Below are positions 28,237 through 37,215 of a stretch of 64,000 nt of DNA, piece by piece. The stretch spans positions 33,476 through 97,475 of the IMG/VR virus record IMGVR_UViG_3300017991_000077. One strand, 5' to 3'. The stretch is from a virus. Within the stretch, counting starts at the first letter, position 1, and the number at the start of each line of letters is the position of its first letter. Under the pieces are notes generated by a model. That model was not told the DNA's origin. It ran no database searches and was given only the letters and a program-made list of their open reading frames with translations. The translations under genes were made by a program, and so were the position numbers.

Positions 28237-28824
28237 GTGATACGATGTAAAGACTGTGACTTCTGGTTGGGCAAATATTTTTTTGAGAGTGATTATTATA
28301 CGGGAGAAGAAAAAACAGGGCCAGTTCCTAATTGTAGCCATCCCAAATGGGTAGAGGCTTCGAAAGAGGAGGTTCCTCCTTCGGATGGAGTGCACTATTG
28401 GGATTTTGAAGATTACGGGGCGATGTTTGCAACGGGTCCGGAGTTCGGATGTATCCATGGGGAAGCTCCTGATACGCTTGATCAGATTTACATAGATGAA
28501 GAATTTTGTAAGAAGGTGACGATTAAAAGCGGAGGGGAAGACGATGAAGAACTTGTGGACTGGTTTGAAGATGAATCGATAGCCTTTAATTGCGGTGGGT
28601 ATTATGAGGCTCCAGTTCCTTTGTCAAAAGATCTCGGGAAGGAAGATGTATGTATTGTCTTCTATCCAAAAGAAGGAAAAATCATTGATGAAAGTGAGAT
28701 GCTAAGTAGGTTGCACAACGGACCTAACGATTGGGTTGCTTTTCGATCAGATGGAAAAGACCTCCGGCCAGTACATGTTGATCGAGACGCCTCGAACGAG
28801 GTTGAATATAGCAAAACTCTCTGA
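28237..28824 (+). CDS. Hypothetical protein (N-terminal Cys cluster)
   Basis: CxxC...C...'TGPEFGCIH' motif seen in small phage proteins. Confidence 0.55.
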   Translation: MIRCKDCDFWLGKYFFESDYYTGEEKTGPVPNCSHPKWVEASKEEVPPSDGVHYWDFEDYGAMFATGPEFGCIHGEAPDTLDQIYIDEEFCKKVTIKSGGEDDEELVDWFEDESIAFNCGGYYEAPVPLSKDLGKEDVCIVFYPKEGKIIDESEMLSRLHNGPNDWVAFRSDGKDLRPVHVDRDASNEVEYSKTL

Positions 28825-28956
28825 ATGCACTTTAGTAGAAGAGAATTTTTTCTTGGCTTTTGTCGATAAGGAAGGAAACAAAGTAGACCTTTTTATCCGA
28901 GAAACGAGGGAGGACGGAACAGTAATCCCAATAGTCATTAAGCATAAGGAGAAGAT

Positions 28957-29379
28957 ATGAAGGTTTCACATGTGCGTATCCCTAGAAAATCCGTCGATTT
29001 GAGACTTAATGGTAAGGATATATTAATCAGTCTAGACATCCCTTGGTTTACTTATCTTTGGAGACGATTAGAGCTAGAAAACTTGTTGGTTAATGGTGTT
29101 GAGGGTTTTAAAGAATTGGTTTTATTCGATGGAGATTTGTACTGGCCAGCCCTTACGCAGATTCGAAGTACGACGGATGGAATACATTTACGAGTATCGT
29201 GGGAGACTCTGACGAAAAAAGATTTGGTTGTTCTGTTTTGTGAGGAAGCAGCCGCTAATGCCGCATTACGGCATCGATTTGGGGGGGATGTAGTCGATGA
29301 GGTAGAAGATAAAAGGCATTCGATTTTTAAGCAGAGTCTTCAATCAATAGCCGCTGAACTGAGTGTAAGAAGGAGGTAA
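28957..29379 (+). CDS. Hypothetical protein
   Basis: AAGGAG RBS. Confidence 0.55.
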   Translation: MKVSHVRIPRKSVDLRLNGKDILISLDIPWFTYLWRRLELENLLVNGVEGFKELVLFDGDLYWPALTQIRSTTDGIHLRVSWETLTKKDLVVLFCEEAAANAALRHRFGGDVVDEVEDKRHSIFKQSLQSIAAELSVRRR

Positions 29380-29512
29380 TAATGGGAAAGTTGAGTGAAC
29401 TTGCTTCTGTTTTACAGGAGTCTTCAATCAATAGCCGCTGAACTGAGTGTAAGAAGGAGGTAATAATGGGAAAGTTGAGTGAACTTGCTTCTGTTTTACA
29501 GGAGTCTTCAAT
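29334..29512 (+). repeat. 84-bp tandem duplication spanning a stop/RBS/start junction
   Basis: Exact repeat with period 84, bounded by GAGTCTTCAAT at 29334, 29418 and 29502. Confidence 0.92.
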
Positions 29513-29993
29513 AGTCGTAGACCAGGAAGTTTTGTTTTCTACTCCTGTAGAAGAAATGACCGAAGAAGCAGTTTTGGCTGCTTGGTCTTTTATTGATCGT
29601 ATCGAGAAGGAGTTATTCAAAAAGAGGAAGGCGGAGTTGCGGACTGCTCTTATGGAGTTTGCGGAAGAGGGAGGTTCTAAGGACGCGAAGGGGTCCTTTA
29701 TTTATCCTATCGGGGATGGTGAAGCGAAGAAGGAGCATAGGTCTGGCAAAATTTCTTTTGTGATGGAGGAAGTAGAGAAATTGATTGAGAGATGGGGAGA
29801 TGATTCGAGGTTCGAGTCTCTTATCAAATACGTACCAAAAGTAGATGAATCTGTTTTCAAATTTCTTGTGGAAGCTGGTCTTCTCTCTAAGAGGGATATT
29901 GCACGGATAACTGATGTTGGGAAACCTACTTATGCTTTGAAGGTTAAAAAGCCTTCTGCGGTAAAGAGGCTTCCTATTAAGAAGGGTAACTAG
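29466..29993 (+). CDS. Hypothetical protein
   Basis: AAGGAGGT RBS. Confidence 0.6.
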   Translation: MGKLSELASVLQESSIVVDQEVLFSTPVEEMTEEAVLAAWSFIDRIEKELFKKRKAELRTALMEFAEEGGSKDAKGSFIYPIGDGEAKKEHRSGKISFVMEEVEKLIERWGDDSRFESLIKYVPKVDESVFKFLVEAGLLSKRDIARITDVGKPTYALKVKKPSAVKRLPIKKGN

Positions 29994-30563
29994 ATGTCAG
30001 ATTCAGTAGACACGGAGGGTGGGGGGAACAAAGCGGCTGAATACAATCGGACGTATTACACGAAGAACCAGGAGAGACTCAAAGAATACAGACGAAATCG
30101 CTATCGAGATGATCCTGAATATCGAGAGCAATGTATTCAACGGGCGCTTGAGAGAAAACAGAGATTGGCTGAACAGCGGTATCGAGAGGGAGGGCCGAAG
30201 CCGAGGAGGAATTTCTTGGAACCGGGTTACTTCTTGATCTCTTTAGGAGATACGGAAGTGAAGGTCAAGATGTTTACTATTGGTGTTTTGGCTAAACGGT
30301 TTGGAAGGGGAGTAAAAACTCTTCGAATGTGGGAGAGAAGAGGAACGATACCTTCGGCGATGTATCGAGATTCAGGGGGACGTTCAGGGAATCGATTATA
30401 TACGGAGTTTCAGGTGGAGAAGTTGGTAGCTATCTTCAAGGAAGCTATCGAGGTAAATGGTCGTAGAATGGTGAAAAACCGAATAAACAAGACGGTGTTC
30501 CCAGAGTTGGCGAGGAAGCTTTGGGAAGATTATCCATTGGGAATTGACCCAGAACAATATTGA
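29994..30563 (+). CDS. MerR-type HTH DNA-binding protein
   Basis: 'FTIGVLAKRFGRGVKTLRMWERRGTIP...GNRLYT'. Confidence 0.8.
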   Translation: MSDSVDTEGGGNKAAEYNRTYYTKNQERLKEYRRNRYRDDPEYREQCIQRALERKQRLAEQRYREGGPKPRRNFLEPGYFLISLGDTEVKVKMFTIGVLAKRFGRGVKTLRMWERRGTIPSAMYRDSGGRSGNRLYTEFQVEKLVAIFKEAIEVNGRRMVKNRINKTVFPELARKLWEDYPLGIDPEQY

Positions 30564-30572
30564 GGAGAACAC

Positions 30573-30926
30573 ATGGCAAAGTCAAAAGAGAATACGTCAA
30601 AGAAATCCCCAAAGCCGCAGGGGATAGAAGCAGCCGGTAAGATTTGGGTTTCAAGAGAATATCCAAAGAATCCGTCTAAGGATGCTCAAGATGAAAAGTA
30701 TCTTCATGTTAGGTCTTTTGAAGTAGAGCCTGCATGGATACGAGTTGGGTATGGTCTAACAAAGAATCTAGGTAACTATGAGAGTGCTAGATGTGATGTC
30801 GGAGTTACGTTGCCTTGTTACGTGGAAGAGATCCCAGAGGCGTTTGAAGAAGCCTGGGAGATAGCTCACAAAGAGATTCAGGCACAGGTAGAGCAGATCA
30901 ATAGTCCTCCTCGTCGGAAACGATAA
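30573..30926 (+). CDS. Hypothetical phage protein
   Basis: 'TKNLGNYESARCDVG' motif; GAGGAG RBS. Confidence 0.6.
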   Translation: MAKSKENTSKKSPKPQGIEAAGKIWVSREYPKNPSKDAQDEKYLHVRSFEVEPAWIRVGYGLTKNLGNYESARCDVGVTLPCYVEEIPEAFEEAWEIAHKEIQAQVEQINSPPRRKR

Positions 30927-32095
30927 TGGCAAAATCACCGCTTCACAAGACAATGATGTCCATCAATAAAAAGTATGGACATGGGACAATACTGCCGGCA
31001 GGTGAGGCTACAGGTCTTGTTATTGATCGGCTACCAACGGGAATTTTCGATCTGGATATGAAGTTAGGAGGAGGTATTCCGAGAGGTCGAATCACGATGT
31101 TCAAAGGAGAATTTTCTACTTGCAAGTCTGCGGTATGCATGAGAGCAGCTGCAGCAGCACAGCGCTATTGTCGTTATTGTGGTACTCCCTTTGAATTTAT
31201 TTCCTTTTATGGGGAGGTTACTGAGCAGGATTGCGAGTGCGGAAGAAATGAGCCTATGCGGGTAGTTTGGCTTGATGCTGAGCATTCGTTTGATCCGCCT
31301 TACGCAGCTAAATGGGGAATCTCTATAGACGATCTATACGTCATCGAGACGGAATATGCAGAACAGGCAATCGATGTAGCAGATGCTGTTATTCGTTCTG
31401 GAGAGTGTGACCTTATGGTTGTTGACTCGGTTGCTGCTCTTACTCCTTCCATCGAGGTAGCGGAGTCGAGTGAGAAATGGCAAATGGGCGTGATGGCTCG
31501 ATTGATGAACAAGGCTTTGAGGAAGTGGACCTCGGGGATGAATTCCTTCGGTCTGTTATCAGAGACAAACGTCACCATAATTTTGGTAAACCAAATGAGG
31601 GTGAGTATCGGAGGGTATCGGCCTACTATGACTTCGCCTGGAGGAAAGGGATTGGATTTCTATGAGTCCGTAGAGGTTCGATTCAAGAAAGACGACCTCC
31701 TTCTAGATCCAGTGACAAAACGGCCAATCGGTTTGCAGGTTGATTTCGTAGTTAAGAAGAACAAAACAGCTCCACCAGCACCGCCAGGAGGAAGTTTTGC
31801 TTTGTATTTTGTACCGAAGCCTGGTCAATATCAAGTTGGAAGTACTGACCTTGATATGCAGGTATTGAAAGCAGCTATTTTTTGGAAGCTTATCGTGAAG
31901 AAAGGGTCTTGGTATCAGCTTCCTGGTGGAGAGAAATTCCAGGGGTTGAGACCAACGGCAGAATGCTTGAAAGAGAATCCAGAACTCCTGTCCAGTTTGA
32001 TGGAAGAAATCGAAGCTCGAGAGTTAGCTTGGGTCAATACCGGGGATGCAGGAGAGACAGAGGTTGAAGTCGAAGAGGAAGAAGAAGATGACTGA
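30926..32095 (+). CDS. recA: RecA/UvsX-like recombinase with a Cys4 insertion
   Basis: LGGGIPRGRIT; WLDAEH; VVDSVAAL; ARLM.KALRK; NQMR; PGGKGL.FY; KNK; acidic tail. Confidence 0.93.
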   Translation: MAKSPLHKTMMSINKKYGHGTILPAGEATGLVIDRLPTGIFDLDMKLGGGIPRGRITMFKGEFSTCKSAVCMRAAAAAQRYCRYCGTPFEFISFYGEVTEQDCECGRNEPMRVVWLDAEHSFDPPYAAKWGISIDDLYVIETEYAEQAIDVADAVIRSGECDLMVVDSVAALTPSIEVAESSEKWQMGVMARLMNKALRKWTSGMNSFGLLSETNVTIILVNQMRVSIGGYRPTMTSPGGKGLDFYESVEVRFKKDDLLLDPVTKRPIGLQVDFVVKKNKTAPPAPPGGSFALYFVPKPGQYQVGSTDLDMQVLKAAIFWKLIVKKGSWYQLPGGEKFQGLRPTAECLKENPELLSSLMEEIEARELAWVNTGDAGETEVEVEEEEEDD

Positions 32096-32411
32096 TAAGT
32101 TTGATTTGGAAGAGAGTAAGAAATTTGCAACGGATGTTCTTACCTCTACTTTACATGGGCCTTTGCCTACTAAGTCAGCGATGAGGTTAGCTCAAGATGT
32201 GGTGACTTTATGCGAGGCTATACAGCCAGCGGAGGTGTTGTTTATTTTTGCGAATTGGTTGTCAGTAAGAAAAAAAGAGATGATTTTAGGGAATTGTAAG
32301 TCTCATAAAGAAGTTTTACGTCTTACCCACGTTTTTTGCGAGAAAAATGGATTTGATGTAGGCGAGAAATCTCGCACTCGCCATTGGAAGATACCGAAGG
32401 AGGAAGAATGA
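32088..32411 (+). CDS. Hypothetical protein
   Basis: Overlaps the recA stop; shares a domain with the next gene. Confidence 0.5.
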   Translation: MTDKFDLEESKKFATDVLTSTLHGPLPTKSAMRLAQDVVTLCEAIQPAEVLFIFANWLSVRKKEMILGNCKSHKEVLRLTHVFCEKNGFDVGEKSRTRHWKIPKEEE

Positions 32412-33157
32412 CATCCCCAGGAAATGAAGATCAACACTATGATGAATCTCTTTCTATTCAGCCAATTAATTTGATCGAAGATTGGGGTCTTGATTTTATC
32501 GATGGGTCTATTGTGAAGTATGCTACTCGATGGCGGAAGAAAAATGGCATTAAGGATCTTGAGCGTATCATTTGGTATGCGAATCGACAGAAAGATAGAT
32601 TTCGTGCAGGAGATGTGATTTGGAATCGAGATAGAAAATCTATAGAGCTATCTGAGTATATTGAGCTTCAGAATTTAGGGTATTCCGAAGCGACTATTGT
32701 TTCGAATGCATGTTTATGGAAAGATTTTTTACTCCGTGAACACGTAAATTTCGATATGGGAGGAGTTTCGGATAGCGGTCAAATGTTAGACGAAATAATT
32801 GAGCACGCTGAGATACTTATCAAAAAAGAAAAAGAATCTGTAAAGAAGACTAGTATGACGTTGACTGATTGTGTCGACATCTCACCTAAGATTTTGGCTC
32901 CAGAGTATTCATCTATCTCTATAGATGTTGCAAAGACTTTAGATCAAACAGTAGTGTTTTATTACGATACGTTGCAGCCCTCTGAAGTACTACTCGGATT
33001 TATGGCCTGGCTTACAACACGGAAGCAGGCAATCACCTTCAGTGAGAAGCATGATGCATCTGTAGCAGCCAAGCTTATACATAAATTTTGTAAGGTTAAT
33101 GATTTTGAAGCACCTCGAGATAATTATACAGAGTATTTTGAGATGCCGGAGGATTAG
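32408..33157 (+). CDS. DUF3310-like domain protein with C-terminal extension
   Basis: 'HY...IQPINLIEDWGLDFIDGSIVKYATRWRKKNGIKDLERIIWY'. Confidence 0.75.
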   Translation: MTSPGNEDQHYDESLSIQPINLIEDWGLDFIDGSIVKYATRWRKKNGIKDLERIIWYANRQKDRFRAGDVIWNRDRKSIELSEYIELQNLGYSEATIVSNACLWKDFLLREHVNFDMGGVSDSGQMLDEIIEHAEILIKKEKESVKKTSMTLTDCVDISPKILAPEYSSISIDVAKTLDQTVVFYYDTLQPSEVLLGFMAWLTTRKQAITFSEKHDASVAAKLIHKFCKVNDFEAPRDNYTEYFEMPED

Positions 33158-33190
33158 AAGAAAAGATAAAGCATAGACAAAGGAGAAGAC

Positions 33191-33610
33191 ATGGCAGAGT
33201 TGATCAAAAGAATTACTGAAAAGTCGAAAGAGAAGCCGTGGTTCCATACTGGCACAACAGCGGATTCTCTTATGCAGGCGCGCAAGGAATACGCAGAAGT
33301 AATTTCGCCTAGGAAGGCGGGGTCAGGTCTTCCTTGTGATTCTGTTTGGCTAACACAGGATGGAAGAGAAGTTCGAGTAGCCGATATGGGAGATAGACAT
33401 CTTTTAAACACAATACGTTTTATTGAGAGAAACAGGCAAGCATACGCGTTTAAAGAAGCAATATCCTGTATGAGATGTTCGATTCAGGTTGGAACTATGG
33501 CGAAGTTTGCTCTTGAGCAGGAAATAAATTTTCTTCTGTATAGTGACGATGCGTATCCTTATGTCTATTACGATATGTTGGAAGAAGCTGAGCAGAGGAG
33601 TTTACAATGA
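33191..33610 (+). CDS. Hypothetical phage protein
   Basis: 'WLTQDGRE..VADM.DRHLLNTIR' motif; AGGAG RBS. Confidence 0.55.
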   Translation: MAELIKRITEKSKEKPWFHTGTTADSLMQARKEYAEVISPRKAGSGLPCDSVWLTQDGREVRVADMGDRHLLNTIRFIERNRQAYAFKEAISCMRCSIQVGTMAKFALEQEINFLLYSDDAYPYVYYDMLEEAEQRSLQ

Positions 33611-33870
33611 AGGATACTATGACAAGATGTTTATCTCACGCCGGGGAAAAACCAGATAAGTGTTTAAGCTGCAAAGTGCAGTGTTTGGAAAGAGTGCTCG
33701 TAGAAGCGTTGGTACAGTGCCGCGATTTTATGGAAGCACGGGGTTGTTTTGGTGATGATGGGTGCGCTGCATTCGGTGGTGAGAAGTGTTTGTGCGAAGA
33801 GGCCGTAGTATTTCATATTCTAAACACTCCGTTGATTCAGCGGGTTATGGGGCAGAAGGGTGGATCATGA
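33607..33870 (+). CDS. Cys-rich hypothetical protein
   Basis: ATGA-coupled ORF. Confidence 0.45.
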   Translation: MKDTMTRCLSHAGEKPDKCLSCKVQCLERVLVEALVQCRDFMEARGCFGDDGCAAFGGEKCLCEEAVVFHILNTPLIQRVMGQKGGS

Positions 33871-34196
33871 GTATCTTATCCAAAAAAGAATTTCATGGAA
33901 GGTTGGTCGATTTGCAGATGGAGATTCTTAAGGTGTATCCGGATGTTGAGGTGGCTCTTCGATTTTATCGCCCGGTAGGACTATGTGATTCTTTTAACTT
34001 TGATTCATCTACAGTATCAATAACAGCTAGAATTTACCGTAAATTTAAAGGTCTACCTATGAAGGCGGTAGCAGCTTCTGTACGCGTACCTCTTCAGTAT
34101 GTAGATGAGTCTGATGGAAGTATGGACGATGCATATTGGGACCACCTTTTTCGACATTTAACTTATGATCTTGCTAGAGAACTTCGAAATGCTTAA
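33867..34196 (+). CDS. Hypothetical protein
   Basis: ATGA-coupled ORF. Confidence 0.5.
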   Translation: MSILSKKEFHGRLVDLQMEILKVYPDVEVALRFYRPVGLCDSFNFDSSTVSITARIYRKFKGLPMKAVAASVRVPLQYVDESDGSMDDAYWDHLFRHLTYDLARELRNA

Positions 34197-34563
34197 GCCA
34201 AAGAAGCATACTCCAAACAAGCCGCGGCCAAATATGTGGGATGCGGAGGAGCCTTCAGCAAAGGCAAAATCGATGGGCAATGAAAAGCGATTATCAAAGG
34301 CTCTAGGTTTTAGGCTGACGCCAGGTTCGGGTAATACTCCTTGGGTCTCAGTAAAAGGAGACGGGGTTACTTCGGAATTTATGGTGGAATGTAAGGAAAC
34401 CAAGGGGTCTAAGATAATCGTTGGAATAGACATATTGACTAAGCTGTGCAACGAGGCGGCACGAGCAGGGAAAGACCCAGTTTTGGTACTATCTGCATAT
34501 GGAATACCGGACCCGATACCCAAGGAATGGGTCTGTTTCCCTTTAGGGGTATTTGAGGAGTAA
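34189..34563 (+). CDS. PD-(D/E)xK Holliday-junction-resolvase-like nuclease
   Basis: 'E...TPGSG...KGD...VECKET'. Confidence 0.7.
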   Translation: MLKPKKHTPNKPRPNMWDAEEPSAKAKSMGNEKRLSKALGFRLTPGSGNTPWVSVKGDGVTSEFMVECKETKGSKIIVGIDILTKLCNEAARAGKDPVLVLSAYGIPDPIPKEWVCFPLGVFEE

Positions 34564-34588
34564 ACTAGTGGCGAGAAAGGATTGAATA

Positions 34589-34927
34589 ATGGGACAAAGT
34601 TTGAAAGTACTTCCTAAGTTGAAGCTATGTGAGGGTTGTCCTCTGAATTCGATAACATTGGTTAATGGGTCTGTTCCTCTTGATTGTGTTAATTGTCTTC
34701 GGAAAGAGGTTGCTCGATTGGAGGCGGAAATGGAGGGGACTGATGTGGAGATCTCCGGTTTGAATGGTCGAATAGCGAAAGCGGCAGGAAAGCTGGGAGG
34801 TCTTTCTAGGGCCTTAAAGGAATCTCAGGTCAAGGTATCTCGGTATGAAAAGGTGATGTGTGTAGTATTGCCTCGCCTTCTGACTAAAGATGTTGAAATG
34901 ATACAGAAGATCTTGGAGGTATCGTGA
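34589..34927 (+). CDS. Hypothetical coiled-coil protein
   Basis: ORF with AAAGGA RBS. Confidence 0.5.
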   Translation: MGQSLKVLPKLKLCEGCPLNSITLVNGSVPLDCVNCLRKEVARLEAEMEGTDVEISGLNGRIAKAAGKLGGLSRALKESQVKVSRYEKVMCVVLPRLLTKDVEMIQKILEVS

Positions 34928-35127
34928 GTTTTATTTTGAAAGATGCAACAGTAGTTGCGGTTAATCGAGAGGGTACTGCGATTTTGGTAGATGCAGTGGA
35001 GTTGGATGAGCCTGTATGGGTTCCTCAAAGTCAAATTGAGGCTGAATCGGAAATTTGGAAACGAGGAGATGAGGGGGATCTTGTGGTTACTGAGTGGATA
35101 GCTGGAGAGAAAGGGTGGTTAGATTAA
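34924..35127 (+). CDS. Small hypothetical protein
   Basis: 'AILV...WVP.SQI...LVVTEWIA.EKG' small beta-domain common in phages. Confidence 0.6.
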   Translation: MSFILKDATVVAVNREGTAILVDAVELDEPVWVPQSQIEAESEIWKRGDEGDLVVTEWIAGEKGWLD

Positions 35128-35474
35128 TGAAGAAGGTGTATTGCCCGGAGTGCGGTCGGGAGATGAAGTTGGTTTCTCAGGGAAACGTGAATAGGAATCT
35201 CCAACGAAAAACCTCTAAAGGGGGCTGGAGTGAAGTGAAGCAGCTGCCTAGGTATCGTGTAGAATTCAAATGCCGGAAACGCTCATGCAGAAATTTAGTA
35301 TTCGAGCATACGAGTAAGGCAAAGGCGATGCGATTGATAAACATTCGTTTCGACAGAAGAAGACATGAATTGTTGGCAGCCGCAAAAGAAGAGCGTCTTG
35401 AAAAAGAGGCAAAGCAGAAGGCGGCTAAGAAGGCTTTTCTAAAGAAGGAGAAGGAGAATGTCGTTACTCCCTAG
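35127..35474 (+). CDS. Zn-ribbon hypothetical protein
   Basis: CPECG...CRKRSC. Confidence 0.5.
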   Translation: MKKVYCPECGREMKLVSQGNVNRNLQRKTSKGGWSEVKQLPRYRVEFKCRKRSCRNLVFEHTSKAKAMRLINIRFDRRRHELLAAAKEERLEKEAKQKAAKKAFLKKEKENVVTP

Positions 35475-35745
35475 AATCAAGGATGCTATTGATCGTCATG
35501 TTGTGACAGGTGGTCATTGTGGTGATTTTGTTACCGCTGTTCTTGAGAATAATTTAAAAGAAGCGTTTGTCCGTGCTGACGATCATAATGCTGCTCATAT
35601 GAAGGACATTGTGGCTTATTGCTACTATGAGATCCCTTCGACTGCTTGGGGATCTCCTGAAGCTGTGGCGAAATGGCGAGAGCTTGGGGGTACTAAGGGA
35701 CTTGCGGAGAAACATACCAGACAGCAGGCCGAGGAATCTGAGTAA
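35458..35745 (+). CDS. Hypothetical phage protein
   Basis: 'GDFVTAVLENNL.EAF.RAD..N...P..AWGS.E.V..W' conserved phage motif. Confidence 0.6.
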   Translation: MSLLPRIKDAIDRHVVTGGHCGDFVTAVLENNLKEAFVRADDHNAAHMKDIVAYCYYEIPSTAWGSPEAVAKWRELGGTKGLAEKHTRQQAEESE

Positions 35746-36083
35746 TGGGGGATCTCAGAGAGATACGAAAGTGGTCGCCAGAGAAGATGAACTTACGGAT
35801 AAGGGAATTGGCGCAAGGCAAGATCCAAAATAAAGAACTAGATGAGTTGATCGTAATATGCCTAGAAGTTCTTCGTATCGTTGTCAATGAGCAGGGCTGG
35901 AATAAATCCCCGTTAGATTTATTTGTCGGTGCTTTTGGTTCTTTGGAGTTAACAGGCCCCATTTCCAAGCCTTTAGTGAAGCGTTTTCTTGAGACGAAGG
36001 TTTTGTTAGCCAAATTTGAGAGTGGAGACCCTAATGTGAAGGAGACAGTTCGACCAGAGTTAGTTGCTAGGGGAATGCTCTAA
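35745..36083 (+). CDS. Hypothetical protein
   Basis: TAATG-coupled ORF. Confidence 0.5.
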   Translation: MGDLREIRKWSPEKMNLRIRELAQGKIQNKELDELIVICLEVLRIVVNEQGWNKSPLDLFVGAFGSLELTGPISKPLVKRFLETKVLLAKFESGDPNVKETVRPELVARGML

Positions 36084-36086
36084 ATT

Positions 36087-36114
36087 TTGACAAAACTTTG
36101 TCATATGCTACAAT
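36087..36114 (+). promoter_or_regulatory. TTGACAAAACT promoter with palindrome TGACAAA-AC-TTTGTCA
   Basis: TTGACA-16-TACAAT with an extended -10 TGn. Confidence 0.8.
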
Positions 36115-36166
36115 ATAATTGATCTTATAAACAACAGAAGATATACCAAAGATAAAGGAGAGAGAC

Positions 36167-37207
36167 ATGGAAGACCTGAAGACTATTCTGCAGTTGAAGC
36201 CAGCAAAGTGTGATGGGAGTTGCGATACTTCAGTAGAGCATGTGGCGGAACGTAAGATAGATGGGCATCGTGCTTTGCTGCATTTTGGGAAGCATCTTAC
36301 TCGGGCGTATCTGACGTCTAGACGTATTTCAATAAAGACTGGGGAGTTCGCAGAGAATGGTCTGAAGGTGCCGCAGATCATCGTTCCAGCAGATAAGTAT
36401 GCTCAGAAGAGGGGCCTTGGATATACAGTGTTAGATGGGGAGATTGTAATTCCTGGAGAGCCCTTTGAGGCCGTGCAGTCTGTTTTGGGATGCAAACCAG
36501 GTAAGGCAATTATGCGACAGGAGAAAGGGCCGAAGGCGGTATTCAAAGTATTCGATATTCTCTTCTATGGAAATGTAGATGTTCGGGTATTACCTTGGGT
36601 TGAGCGACGATCTTTGTTTGTAAACCGGATTCTTGGTGATCGTCGAGTGGCGAGGTTAGGGGTTTCGCTTAAGTCTGAGTTTATACATGAGGAGGAGGTT
36701 TTATACGGTACGGACCACTCCAGGATTTTTAATCGGATAGTTGCAGAGGGAGGTGAAGGATTGGTTTTGAAAGATCCCCAGGCTATCTACGGAAAGGGGT
36801 GGACTAAGTGGAAGAAGGAGGAAACCTACGACGTAGTGATAATGGGGTTTACGGAGGGAAACAAAAAGCTTCGGGGGATGTTTGGTGCAGTACGATTTGG
36901 GGCGTATAAAGATGGAGCGCTTGTAGAGATTGGGAAGTGTTCGGGTATGCCAGAAGGGGAGTGTTTTTATGTCAACGATGCGGGCGATACTGTAGCTCCG
37001 AATTCTCCAGGTTGTTTATTGAAGCCTCTTTATGAAGATGGCCAGGAGCCAGGAACGAGGGCATGGTTTCACGCGAATAGAGAACGACTAATTGGGTCGG
37101 TAATAGAAGTGGAATGTAAGGGATTGACCAAAAAGCGGAAATTAAGACATCCACAGTTCTTTAGGATAAGAGAAGACAAACTAGCTGCACAGTGTGTGGC
37201 ACCATAG
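36167..37207 (+). CDS. ATP-dependent DNA ligase
   Basis: KIDGHR adenylation motif; LDGE; FDIL; EGLVLK; WTKWKK; LRHPQF.RIREDK. Confidence 0.92.
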   Translation: MEDLKTILQLKPAKCDGSCDTSVEHVAERKIDGHRALLHFGKHLTRAYLTSRRISIKTGEFAENGLKVPQIIVPADKYAQKRGLGYTVLDGEIVIPGEPFEAVQSVLGCKPGKAIMRQEKGPKAVFKVFDILFYGNVDVRVLPWVERRSLFVNRILGDRRVARLGVSLKSEFIHEEEVLYGTDHSRIFNRIVAEGGEGLVLKDPQAIYGKGWTKWKKEETYDVVIMGFTEGNKKLRGMFGAVRFGAYKDGALVEIGKCSGMPEGECFYVNDAGDTVAPNSPGCLLKPLYEDGQEPGTRAWFHANRERLIGSVIEVECKGLTKKRKLRHPQFFRIREDKLAAQCVAP

Positions 37208-37215
37208 GAGGAGTT

